NCBI RefSeq assembly: GCF_001194135.2
Contig: NC_069006.1
Location: 25,545,819-25,594,412 of the forward strand
DNA length: 48,594 nucleotides
Source: Octopus bimaculoides
Taxonomy: Eukaryota
Direction: 5' to 3'
The notes beneath the pieces are model-generated. The model saw only the letters and a program-made list of their open reading frames with translations. It did not search any database and was not told the DNA's origin. Position numbers and translations under genes: made by a program. Shown here in pieces: positions 21,254 to 34,296 of this stretch. The number at the start of each line of letters is the position of its first letter. The first letter of the stretch is position 1.

Positions 21254-22784
21254 TATATATGTATATACATATNNNNNNNNNNNNNNNNNNNNNNNNNNNN
21301 NNNNNNNNNNNNNNNNNNNNNNNNNNNNNNNNNNNNNNNNNNNNNNNNNNNNNNNNNNNNNNNNNNNNNNNNNNNNNNNNNNNNNNNNNNNNNNNNNNNN
21401 NNNNNNNNNNNNNNNNNNNNNNNNNNNNNNNNNNNNNNNNNNNNNNNNNNNNNNNNNNNNNNNNNNNNNNNNNNNNNNNNNNNNNNNNNNNNNNNNNNNN
21501 NNNNNNNNNNNNNNNNNNNNNNNNNNNNNNNNNNNNNNNNNNNNNNNNNNNNNNNNNNNNNNNNNNNNNNNNNNNNNNNNNNNNNNNNNNNNNNNNNNNN
21601 NNNNNNNNNNNNNNNNNNNNNNNNNNNNNNNNNNNNNNNNNNNNNNNNNNNNNNNNNNNNNNNNNNNNNNNNNNNNNNNNNNNNNNNNNNNNNNNNNNNN
21701 NNNNNNNNNNNNNNNNNNNNNNNNNNNNNNNNNNNNNNNNNNNNNNNNNNNNNNNNNNNNNNNNNNNNNNNNNNNNNNNNNNNNNNNNNNNNNNNNNNNN
21801 NNNNNNNNNNNNNNNNNNNNNNNNNNNNNNNNNNNNNNNNNNNNNNNNNNNNNNNNNNNNNNNNNNNNNNNNNNNNNNNNNNNNNNNNNNNNNNNNNNNN
21901 NNNNNNNNNNNNNNNNNNNNNNNNNNNNNNNNNNNNNNNNNNNNNNNNNNNNNNNNNNNNNNNNNNNNNNNNNNNNNNNNNNNNNNNNNNNNNNNNNNNN
22001 NNNNNNNNNNNNNNNNNNNNNNNNNNNNNNNNNNNNNNNNNNNNNNNNNNNNNNNNNNNNNNNNNNNNNNNNNNNNNNNNNNNNNNNNNNNNNNNNNNNN
22101 NNNNNNNNNNNNNNNNNNNNNNNNNNNNNNNNNNNNNNNNNNNNNNNNNNNNNNNNNNNNNNNNNNNNNNNNNNNNNNNNNNNNNNNNNNNNNNNNNNNN
22201 NNNNNNNNNNNNNNNNNNNNNNNNNNNNNNNNNNNNNNNNCCACCACCACCACCACGAAACTCCCATCGTGTCTTCATGTCTGCAATTCACATTTTACCT
22301 TCCGTTTCTATCAAACATATATTGATTCCTTTGATTGGCAGAAGGCTGGAAATTTCAGACAAAGCTGGAACACAACAGAGTTGCTTAGAATCGATGCCGG
22401 CACTTGACTCTCTCGCTTGTTCTTACCAATGCCACAAGACCGGAATACAAAGGGAATTTTGCCAATGTGTTTGTCGATATCTAATAACAAATGTTTTAAA
22501 ATAAATATTTGCCGGAGTTTTATTATGTTTTGCAACTGCGATCGTCATCAAAGCAATACTTTGTCCCTTTTTTGGCTCAGTTCACTAAGCCGTAAATAGG
22601 TTTCAAGATATGATAGAGGCGAGGTAGAGTTTTCTGTAGGATAGTGCAAGACTTGCTTAACCAAAGAATGTTTCGCTCTGATATTTGTATGTTTGCATAA
22701 ATTAGGGAGATTTTGCACCTGGTATCAACAGTCCTAAGATATTGACGTCTTCCTTGGTTGTATGGACGCTAAGTTCTGTATATA

Positions 22785-22872
22785 TCATAATCATCATTGT
22801 TTTAATGTCCAGCTTCCATGCTGGCATGGGTTGGACGGTTTGACAGGAGCTGGCCAAGCAGAAGATTGCACC
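22785..22872 (-). mobile_element. RTE 3'-tail copy
   Basis: tcatcattgttttaatgtccagcttccatgctggcatgggttggacggtttgac. Confidence 0.85.
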
Positions 22873-23728
22873 ATACATCTGTGTCTGTTTTGGAAAGGTT
22901 TTTTTTCCCCTCATCATTTTTTTCTTAACTGTTATGTTTTATTATTATAGTAGTGTGTGTGTGTGCATGAGTGTGTGTATGTGCACATGTGTGAGGGTCT
23001 TTGGCACGTCCCTGTATGAAGGATAGAAGAGGTGTCAGGAAGACAGAGGCGGGAGAAGGAACTTCTCCTCAAATCTGAAAAAAGAGGGAAAATTTTCTGT
23101 TGACGAGAATCCTCAACTGAACGCAATCAAACACAGACAGGCAAGAAAAAAATAAAATTGATCTCCAATTTTTGATATTAAAGCAATGAGCAGCCTAAAG
23201 TGTTATCAAATATATATTTTATTATTGAGAACATAAATATTTAATTGCGAACACTGATAGAAATGGTTTTAAATGGCGCAGAAAAGACAGCAACGGTGGA
23301 TGAATGGGGAAAAAAGAATATAAGGAATGAAGAAAAAAAAGAAAAGAGAGACAGACAGAAAATATAAACAACAGTATTCTAGGATTGGAAGAAGAATAAT
23401 GAGAGGGTGGGGTGGGGTGATGGTGGTGGTGGCGACGGCAGCCCTGGTGTTTGTTGTAGTGGTGGTGGTGGTGGTGGTGGTGGTGGTAGTAGTGGTAGTA
23501 GAGTAGTAGTAGTAGTAGTAGTAGTAGTAGCAGTAGTAGTAGTAGTAACAGCAGCAGTAGTGGTAGTAGTGGTGGTGGTGGCAGTTTTTTGTTGTAATAC
23601 TGACTGTTCTATTCTTTAGAGTATGCTTCTTTCCTGTTACATGTTTTATTGACTTTATATCTATATCTATGCATGAAACTCAGAGTAGCAACAAATTTAG
23701 ATCAAGCTGTTTTGATCCATACACACAC

Positions 23729-23768
<40 letters not shown>

Positions 23769-24396
23769 GGTGGTGGTGTTTGTGGCAGTGGTTGTTGTGG
23801 TGGATGGTGGCGGAGGTGGCGGTGGCGGAGGTGGCGGCGGCAGCGGCGGTAGTGGTTCGTGGTTGTGGTGGTGGTAGTGGTGGTGATGATGATAGTGGTG
23901 TTTGTGGTGGTGGTGACGACAGTGGCGGTGGGTGAGTGGTGTAGGGGGATGGGGGAACAGAGTATTTATTTATTTACTTTTTTTTGCTGGAATACTTTGT
24001 GAACTGTGTTGCAAGATTTACGATAGAAAAATGTCAGAAGAAAGAATACAATGAATAAGTTGTAATAACAGGGTGGAATGCGCGCACACGCACACACACA
24101 CAAATATGCATACATGCATACATGCATACATACGCACATACACAGACACACATCTACATATATACATATACATACATATATGTATGTGTACATACATTCA
24201 CACATATACGCTCACATATAAACATACACATGCACATGTATACATGCATGCATACGCACATACATGCACTCAGACATACACACGTACACACATCAATACA
24301 TACACGCCTACATATAAATACATAGACATATGCTTATGTATGTACATGCACACTCATACACACATATATGGACACAGATATATACATACATACACA

Positions 24397-24455
<59 letters not shown>

Positions 24456-25261
24456 TAGGACACACACATACATACCTGCATACATGTATATGTACATAGA
24501 TATATACATACATGTACGTACATAGATATATACATACATACACATACATACATGCATTCAGACATACACACATGCGCACATAAGTACATCGACACATACA
24601 TCCACATACACACACATATATACATAACAGCCATTTTACCTTGGCACAATTCTAAGTCCAAATTGCTAGTTTAATCCAAGCAGACCATATTCCAACGCTA
24701 TCATTTCAAATACAAAATGACCGCACCTTGTTACCGTCTTCTCTTGGGAACAAAAGCTGATCATTCATTGCTCATATGTTGCAAAATAACAAGAATAGAA
24801 TTCTACGCTTTAGTTCTTTTGTCCATAATCAAAATATATCTTTTATTTTGTTTTCTTTCTTCTTTTTATGACATTTAATAATAGCACTTTGGTTTCTTTC
24901 CTGCAACTTATCGCCAGCACCGCTATTTTTCTGCTGATAGAACACAACCGAGATTTCGCCACCACCGAGATAATACGGCAAAAGATTGACGAGGACATGA
25001 TTACAAATGTTCTGTTCAAGCAAGGCTGGTTTCTCCGGAATTATACACGCAGAATGGTTGATGTTAAAGATATAAGCAATGGCAGTAAATATGATTAGGT
25101 TTAGTTTCTCAACAATGAATACAAAATATGACAACAAACAAATAACACCTATATCTATCTGTCTAACTATCTGTCTATCTATTTATCTACTTGTCTTTCT
25201 GTCTGTCTGTCAAACTATTTATCTGTTTTTTTATCAATCTATCTATCTATTTATATATCCA

Positions 25262-25316
<55 letters not shown>

Positions 25317-25549
25317 TTCTCTCTCTCTCTCTATCTCTCTCTCTCTCTATCTCTCTGTCTATCTATCTACCTATCTATCTGTGTCAGTCTGTCTGTCTAT
25401 CTGTTTACCTATCTATATGTATGTACATATACATATATATACACACACGCACGCACACACACACACATATACATAGAGAGAGAAAGAGAGATAGATGGAT
25501 ATACATACATACCAACACGCACACACCCCTCACATCTCAGATGAAGTGC

Positions 25550-25594
<45 letters not shown>

Positions 25595-26425
25595 GAGAGA
25601 GTATTTTTTTAATATATTTCTTTAAATTTTTTTATTTTCCTTTTCTCCATAAATATTTGTTGCTGGTTTTGAGCAAGGTGCATTCTGCATATGTGCAGGA
25701 TGCTGCACTCCCTCCCATTTATCTCGTTTTATTACATGCTGCAGGTGCTGCTGCCACTGATCATGCATTTACTGCAGAATGAACATCCTTCTCCCCTCTC
25801 TCCTTTCTCTACCACACCATCTTCTCTCTCTCTCACTCTCTCTCTCCTCTTTCCCATTCCCTCTCCCCTCTCTCTCTCCCCTCTCTCTGTCCCCTCTCTC
25901 TCTCCTCTCTCTCTCTCCCCTTTCTCTCTCCCTCTATCTCATCCCCCTCTCTTTCCAACAACAGCCACAACAACAACAACAACAATAGAGGCACAACTGA
26001 CTGCCATTGACGTTGTGTGTGTTGTTTGTTATCTGCAGGCCAATAATTACACATGTTGCTGCTGTGAAGCAATGTTGTTGAGAAAGAAAAATGATAAACA
26101 GGAAATGTTTAGTTCTCGACATTAATCAAGAAAAAACAAACCCACAACTCACAACAACAAGAACAAGTTCAGTACGAGCAACAACCACAGTAACAACAAC
26201 AAAAGCAACAGAAACAACAACAACAAATATAATGATAACAACTACAACAGTTGCACCATTACCAGTAGCAACTGCAGCAACAACAACTTTGCAAACAACA
26301 ACAAAAGCAGCAACAACAACAACAGCTACAACTCCAAACTGCTTAATTTGTTGCCAAATTCCAAAATATAATTTTTTTTTATACTTCTGAAGATCTGAAA
26401 GAGAAAGAAGGAAGCAAGAATTCTC

Positions 26426-26468
<43 letters not shown>

Positions 26469-26574
26469 CAGCAGCAACAACAACAACAACAATAATAACA
26501 ATAATAAAGGTGAGTGAGATGAAGAAAAGCTACAGGTGAGAATACCTGAGAAGAACCAAATTAATTATGGAAAG

Positions 26575-26790
26575 TAGACTTGATTGACAAGATCAGGGCA
26601 ATGAAAACATGGGCTGGTGCAGGTGTTGTTAGGTGGACAAAGAACGAGCTTGAGGAAATGGATAGAAACACCAACAAGGAACCGCACCCTAAAAGCGATA
26701 TCGATAGACTGTATGTGCCTGGATACAAGGGTGGAAGAGGACTCACAAGATGCAAGATCTGTGTTGTCAATGAGGAAAGCACTTTGGGAT
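26575..26790 (+). mobile_element. R4/Dong-type non-LTR retrotransposon RT fragment (internally deleted)
   Basis: Translates DKIRAMKTWAGAGVVRWTKNELEEMDRNTNKEPHPKSDIDRLYVPGYKGGRGLTRCKICVVNEESTLGW. The HPKSDxDRLY...GGRGL motif follows the RT domain in R4/Dong-like elements. Confidence 0.8.
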
Positions 26791-26834
26791 GGGATGGGAT
26801 GGGATGGGATGGGATGGGATGGGATGGGATGGGA
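26786..26834. repeat. (GGGAT)9 pentanucleotide repeat
   Basis: Direct reading. Confidence 0.95.
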
Positions 26835-26881
26835 GTAGTGAATTGACCCTTTGTAGGGTGTGTGGTAGCAAAAATGAAGGT

Positions 26882-27105
26882 GGAGGTGCATGACTTAGGG
26901 GTGAGGGTGTTGGACTCATGATCGTAAGACTGTGGTTTCAATCCCTGGACTGGGCAACACATTGTGTTCTTAAGCAAAACACTTCATTTCACATAGCTGG
27001 CAAAAATTAGTAAACTTGTGATGGTCCTGCGTCCTGTCCTGGTAGGGATATATGCATCATGGACACCAGGAAACTGGCCTTTATGTATTGGTATGCCTCA
27101 AGAAT
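26882..27105 (+). mobile_element. tRNA-derived SINE family D
   Basis: Aligns with the reverse complement of 30450-30710 (gtgagggtgttggactc...ttgtgttcttaagcaaaacacttcatttc...agctggcaaaaa). Confidence 0.85.
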
Positions 27106-28091
27106 GTTAACTTAAAACTCTAAGGCCGACTAGGCCACATCCAATTCTACCAGAAATTTTCAGCATCTCAGTAGCAATTACTGATTTTATTAGGTGCAAT
27201 CCCATGGTCATTTGAGACTGAAGCGGGGGTCTTCTATTATATACATATATGTTATGTATGCATGTATATATATGTGTATATATGTATGTGCATGTGTGTT
27301 TCTGCCTGTGTATGCTTATGTATGAGAACGTATGTGCATTATATATACACTAATAGAAATGTAAGATACATACATACACACATACCTATATACACATAAT
27401 TACATACATACTCATACATATATACACACAAATACATACACAAACATCCATACATACACACGCACACACACACACACACATAATAGCTTAACACATCTTG
27501 CAGTTAGAAGTCATTATCTCTGTTCTGTCTCTGAATTAATATTCCATCAATACATCTTATTAATTAATTATCTAATATTATTATTAATATTACCATTATC
27601 ATTATCATCACTGTCACCCTCATCATCATCATTATCCTCATCACCGTTGTTGTTGTTGCTATTATTATCATTATTATTTATTGCCCAACTTCCGACACAA
27701 AACCAATATATTTGATTCCTGCCTCTCATATCATGTACCAATAACATTAGCTAATGCTGTTACATTGAAAATAGCAGATATATTGTATGTGTATCTATTA
27801 GAGAGAGGGGGAGAGAGTAAAGGAGAGNNNNNNNNNNNNNNNNNNNNNNNNNNNNNNNNNNNNNNNNNNNNNNNNNNNNNNNNGGGAGAGGGAGGGAGAG
27901 GGAGGGAGAGGGAGGGAGAGCAGTCTGTTTGGAAGTGGCATTTGCATGTTAATATCACAAGATAACAGCGCTACATGTGGTTAATTGTGTTATGTTTTCA
28001 TGTGGTGAGTCTCTATTAGTGGTACCTTGACTTGATAATTAGAAAAAGCAGCTAAATCTCATTTGAACTGCACATGACTGAATGTCTTATA

Positions 28092-28312
28092 CGAAGGGTG
28101 TGCTGAAAAGTTCTTGGCTTTAAGGATGTCAAGAAAGGCCTGGCTGGAGGCCCAACCTTCTGAGTTCTTTTACAGGGCTTAGAAATACTGAAGGACCACA
28201 GCGATAAGTGTGTGAATCTGAGAGGAGGGGAATATGTTGAATATAATCATAATCAACTGATCCTCCTGTATTTTCTTTTACCCAAGGCCAGGACCTTTTC
28301 GGCACACCCTCA
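28092..28312 (+). mobile_element. Mariner-derived MITE, about 26-bp TIRs, TA TSD
   Basis: TA|CGAAGGGTGTGCTGAAAAGTTCTTGGC ... GCCAGGACCTTTTCGGCACACCCTCA|TA. The interior encodes SEFF(L)QGLEILKDHSDKCVNLRG(G)EYVE with frameshifts, similar to the mariner transposase C-terminus. Confidence 0.9.
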
Positions 28313-29631
28313 TATAAGGAAAGCTGTTTGATATAATGTAGTCCTATATATATTCCTGGAGAGATGGGTTGGCCAAAGCTGGTTATGAAGAGGATGATGG
28401 TGATGATGATAATGACGACAATGATAAGTAAACATACCCATCAAGATGGGGACCAGTAAACAGGGAAAAGTATAAAGGATCCTGATCCTAATAAGCAATG
28501 CAGACAAGTGTAGATGCATGTGTGTGTGTGTGTATATGTGTGTATGCATGCGTGTAACTATATATGCACATAAACATGTATGTAACCATGCATACATGTA
28601 TTAGTGTGTGATTGAATGTGTATGCATATAGGAGGAGCTTAAAAAGGTCTCCATGTATCAGATGGCCGCTAATGTCATTATATATAGACATGTCAGTTGT
28701 AGATGCCTCAACAACTAAGAGGGAGAGAGACAGAGAGAGGGAGAGAGAGAGAGAGAGAGACTGACAATGCAGCATGAGTGGATTCGCAGAAACACATTCA
28801 TACACGCTCACAAACACACACATGCACGCTTACAAGCACGCACACACATACACACACACTTAATTACTTACACACACACACACACACAAACACACACATG
28901 TAGCCACACTCACAAACACACATACACAGAAACTCACATGCACACACGCACACACACACAAACTAATATGCACACATGAATATACATACACACAGAAATA
29001 TACCTACGTACACACATATACATGCACATACACACATACACAGACAAATATACACACCAAACATATGCACACACAAATACACGTTTGCATACACGTACGC
29101 ACACACACATGTACACCCAGGCATCCATCAACATAGATTAGCCGTGAATTTCGTCTACGAACAATGCCAAGTTCGAGGAATGCCACTTCAAAACCTCACG
29201 ATTCCTCACACATCAGGAATTGGTGTGTAAATCAATTAAGGTCTTGAAAAATGGCTACAAGGGGCAGAAAGTAGAGATCCTTAAAGATAGCCAATGCTAT
29301 CTGATTCCCTCTTCCAGCAGCAGATACGATCAAGGTACACGGTTGCTTTATGTTGTTAATCTATTGATAAAATCAAAGAAGTTGCAAATGTGTCGTTCTT
29401 CGTTGTCGATAGGTAAAGGTGACCCTCAGGTAAGATTAGAATATCGTATTAGCATTATTATGATTGATTTGATGTTTTCTAAGAATTTTCCAAAGACAGG
29501 TGAAGCCATAAATTGTAGAAGTCTTCGAGTAAAGTAAGAACAAATAATTGTTATTTCATGCTAAATGTATAATGGAAGAAGAGAAGCATAAACAAGCATT
29601 TGAGGTGAGGAAGCGATTTGTAACACGTTTA

Positions 29632-29792
29632 TTGGTTATGTGGTTAAGGAGTTTGCTTGCCAACCACATGGTTCCAGGTTCAGTCCCACTACGTGCCACC
29701 TTGGGCAAGTGTCTTCTAATATAGCTCCAAGCCAACCAAAGCTTTGTGAGTGGATTTGGTAGATAGAAGGAAACTGAAAGAAGCCCATTGAA
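29632..29792 (+). mobile_element. SINE A 5' module
   Basis: gttatgtggttaaggagtttgcttgccaaccacatggttccaggttcagtccc...gaaactgaaagaagccc. Confidence 0.88.
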
Positions 29793-29871
29793 CATGTACG
29801 TGTGTGTGTGTTTTAATATTTCGCTTTGCATCTCATACAGACATACAGAGCTAAAAAGCATGTTAATGTAT

Positions 29872-29926
<55 letters not shown>

Positions 29927-30449
29927 AATTGTATGTCTAAAACCTGCTGCTAAATTAATGAAACAGCAACATTGTGAAAGAGCTGTTTAATAACACACAC
30001 ACACAAAAAAAAACTGTAAAAGTCATTTTAAATTTGAAAATTTATTGCCCAAGATGTCAAACTGTACAATTGTACACATACGACCTTTTCACCGACATGA
30101 TTTCCCAGTAACTCTGGTGCTGTTTCGCTGTATCTGATACTGATCATGTTACAGTTTTATGACGGCAATTTTGACACCTCACGAAATAAATTTAAAATTT
30201 CAAGTGAATTTAACAGCTTTTTGCATGTTCTTAAACGACATTTACATTATTTAGCTGCTTCAGTTTCAACACATGCTCTCCAATCAAATCACTTGCTTGA
30301 CAAGTACAACTTCAGATAAAAGCCATTCTATCCAAGCTCTGCCTGTCACTCTCGTTTCAGACCCCTCAAGAACTTTCCTGCCAACTCACCCTATCCAATA
30401 CTCTCTACCACTTCACTTATGTATACTCCTCTCTGTAACTTGACTCTAT

Positions 30450-30710
30450 AAGGTAAAGGTAAAGTTTACCTCCTCGAGTCATACTGACTCATAAGGGCTG
30501 GTCTCCCCATTTCCATGGCATATAAATTCCCCACCTGGACAGGACCCCAGTCCCTCACAGGATTAACTCATTTTTGCCAGCTGAGTGGACTGGAGCAACA
30601 TGAAATGAAGTGTTTCGCTCAAGAACACAATGCATTACCCTATGCACGAATCAAAACCACAATCTTATGACCACGAGTCCAACACCCTCACCACTAAGCC
30701 ATGTGCTTCT
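30450..30710 (-). mobile_element. Full-length SINE family D with (ACCTTT)n-like tail
   Basis: Minus strand: head gcacatggcttagtggtgagggtgttggactc..., body ttgtgttcttgagcgaaacactt...ctccagtccactcagctggcaaaaatgag, tail ttacctttacctt. Confidence 0.85.
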
Positions 30711-31082
30711 ACTGATTTGAGTGTGTGCCTCGACACATCTCTGCCGTCTTCTCTCTCTCTCTCTCTCTGTTTCTCCCTTTCCCTCCCTCTCTCTCTCTCT
30801 CCCACCCATTCTGATTTGTTGTTTATGTACCCTAACACAATGTATTAGTTTTGTTCCTGTTTGACCAATGTAGTTCTCATTGCATTGTCAACATGCAGTG
30901 CTATAATTTATATTTTTTATTTTGCAATTTATATTTGCATTAACCATCAATTCCTTCCCAATTTTTTTTTCTAACTTTTTGGTATTGCCAATGAAGATTT
31001 CTGCCTTTCAACTGTGTAGATTGCAACAATGTGAAAGCATTACATTGATCTCTTAAGTAAAAAATCATCAAGAATCTTTTTA

Positions 31083-31122
31083 TTGGATTGTTTCAGGATA
31101 TTTGCCCTCGTCAGAGAAACTG
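31083..31122 (-). ncRNA. Partial (decayed) hammerhead motif
   Basis: Minus strand CTGACGA-GGG(CAAATAT)CCT-GAAAC. Helix III, the cleavage triplet and helix I are not recoverable. Confidence 0.45.
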
Positions 31123-31239
31123 TAACACCATTCTTCTTCCCGTCTGACCCCCTACCTCAAAAAAACTCTGAATCTAAATCACAGCAAATGTAAATACCAA
31201 TGGCTTATCACACTGTAACATTAACAGCCTTCTAAAAGG

Positions 31240-31312
31240 TGTTACAGATTGGGATCGAACCGATAACCTTGTGATTGAAAGGCAAACATCTAAAACTACT
31301 CGACCATACAAC
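31240..31312 (-). mobile_element. Degenerate tRNA-like SINE head
   Basis: Minus strand ggtcgagtagttttagatgtttgcctttcaatcacaaggttatcggttcgatccc has A-box- and B-box (GGTTCGATCCC)-like motifs but no acceptor-stem pairing. Confidence 0.5.
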
Positions 31313-31881
31313 CCATAGAGTCAGTCTCATCACCTACCAGCTCTTATCATCTACAGCCATGTAAACATAAAGATCCACCCTAACACTACCATACTCCACA
31401 CACATACAAAGAGAGCTGTTCTGAAATGACAGAAGCTTCTCTTTTCGTTTCATGTCTTTCAACTTGCTTCCATAACCGAAATGGATGTTTAATTCTTGCC
31501 TTCTTGCCTCTTTAAAGATTCCAATCTAGCGATTCTCTTGAAGAACATTCTAAAGAGATTGTTCCATTATTGTTTATTCCTTTGAGGAGTTTCTTACTCA
31601 TTCATCTGAAATTCTCTCTCATTCTTCATATTTTCCTACCATTTTTTGCTTTTGCTTTTTTTTGCTTTTTTGCTTTACATTCTTTATTTTTTGTTTTTGC
31701 TGTAGGAAAAAAAATCCGTTGTTTTCTTTTCAGTTTTTTTTGTTTGTTTTTATTGTTGCTGTTGCTTTTGTTTTTGTTTTTTTTATAAACCTTTGTTTTG
31801 TACTATAGCATATACACACACATACATAAATGCATATAAATACACACACATATATATATGTATATGTGTATGTGTATTTGT

Positions 31882-31933
<52 letters not shown>

Positions 31934-32646
31934 GCATATATATATATATGTATAAGTGTATATATGTGTGTGTGTATAGGTAATATATAAAATATGTGTG
32001 TATATATATACATATACATACATATATATACATGTGTATGTATATACATGTACATATAGAAGTATATTTATACCCCGATGTATACAAATATATATATATC
32101 TGAATACACACACACCCCCATATCTAAATGTCCTCTCCTGTGACACCCACACACACCCGCTTCTTTTTTTTTGTTCCCCCCCTCCCACCATTGTTGTAAA
32201 TTAGGATAAGATGATGAGATAAGTAAAAAAAAATCGGAACCGTTATTAACAGACTCCATTAAAGAGAAGAGATCAGAGGGAAACGGGGTGGGTGGGTCGG
32301 CGGGCGGGTTTAAAAAGGGGCGCAGACATGGTGCTGTAGTCTCTACAGACAGCAGCATGCTTCCAATAATGGACAATATAAATTACTTTATGGTGGAAAA
32401 ATAAAAAGTTCTTTAGAATCACTGGCCAACAATNNNNNNNNNNNNNNNNNNNNNNNNNNNNNNNNNNNNNNNNNNNNNNNNNNNNNNNNNNNNNNNNNNN
32501 NNNNNNNNNNNNNTTCATGCTCCATTGCATTTCAGCCGAAAAAAATTTCTTTTCCACATTTTGCCATTTCTTTATTTCTTTTCTGTTTTTGTTCTTCATT
32601 TTTGCTTTGAGGTTTATTATTATTATTATTATTATTAATATTATTA

Positions 32647-32680
<34 letters not shown>

Positions 32681-33133
32681 CATCATCATCATCATTATTA
32701 TTTTTCTCATTATTGTTATTATTATTATTATTATTGTTGTTGTTGTTGTTGTTATTATTATTACCACCATCATCATCCTCATCTCCATGTGTGTGTCTAT
32801 ATAAAAGACATTTTGCTAATATTGTTTGTTTCTGTTTTGCGAGGAGCCGGATCATTTTGTTATTGCTTGTTGTTGTGTGGTTAATATTGTTTGTATATAT
32901 AAATATATGCATATAGATATAAGTATATATATATATATATATATCTTTATATATATACACACATATGTGTGTGTGTGTGTATGTATATATATATAGTCAC
33001 ATAGTCACACAAATATATTTGTGTGATTGTGTGACTATATATATACACATATACACACATATATATGTATGTATATGCACATATGTGTGTGTGACTATGT
33101 TGATGCTTATGCACATGTTACATAATATATATC

Positions 33134-33180
<47 letters not shown>

Positions 33181-33362
33181 TTGTGTGTCTATGTGTGTGT
33201 GTGTGGATATATATGTACATATATACATTTATGTATGCATTTACGAAAATATATCTACACATACATATATAGACATGTATACACACACACTCACACACAC
33301 GCACACATGCAGATGATGATGATGATCATAATAACAATAATAATAATAATAATAATAATAAT

Positions 33363-33495
33363 CCTTTCTACTAGAGGTGTGAGGCCTGAAATTTGGTCAA
33401 TTTATCGACCCCTGAGGCAAAGTCAACTCGGTGGAATTTGAACTCAGAACGTAGCAGCATATGAAATGCCGCTAAGCATTTCACCCAGCGTTGGC
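33363..33495 (-). mobile_element. SINE B copy with internal deletions
   Basis: aatttatcgacccctgaggcaaagtcaactcggtggaatttgaactcagaacgta. Confidence 0.8.
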
Positions 33496-33603
33496 TGATG
33501 ATAATTTGCACATATTTGTATAACAGTCTCAGGAAGACAAAAGCTTTATGTAAATAGAACCATTATTGGTCTCATACATTGATGTGAGACTTGCTTAGAT
33601 ATT

Positions 33604-33648
<45 letters not shown>

Positions 33649-33796
33649 ATGCATAGTCACATATACACAGTCACAAAATATATGTATATATTTTTATATA
33701 CATAGCCTTACACACATCACGTGTACATGTATACATATACACACACAATACATACGTGTATATATATGTATATGTATATATGTGTGTGTGTGTGGG

Positions 33797-33827
<31 letters not shown>

Positions 33828-34257
33828 GTATACATATATATATATANNNNNNNNNNTGTATACATATACACACACAATACATACGTGTATATATATGTAT
33901 ATGTATATATGTATGTATATGTGTGTGTATACACCCACCCACACAAAAACCATCAAAATGAGGAAGGAAAATAAAAAAGGAGATATCAAAATACAGACAA
34001 CTACAATGACGATGATGATGACGACGATGATGATGATGATGATGATGATGACGACGATGATGATGTTCACAGTTGTAGTGACTTTGGCAGCAGAAGTGAT
34101 GACAGACAGTGGTGTTAACAGCCACCACAACACACACACACACGCACACACACACGCACACACACACGTACATTCACACTCACGCATTTCAACATAACAA
34201 TAAATCAATACACGTATACACATATATATCTACATATATATATATGTGTATATATAA

Positions 34258-34296
<39 letters not shown>

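Noticed and set aside
31240-31312. tRNA gene (also 37892-37965 and the SINE heads)
   Set aside because: A/B-box remnants only; acceptor and anticodon stems do not pair.
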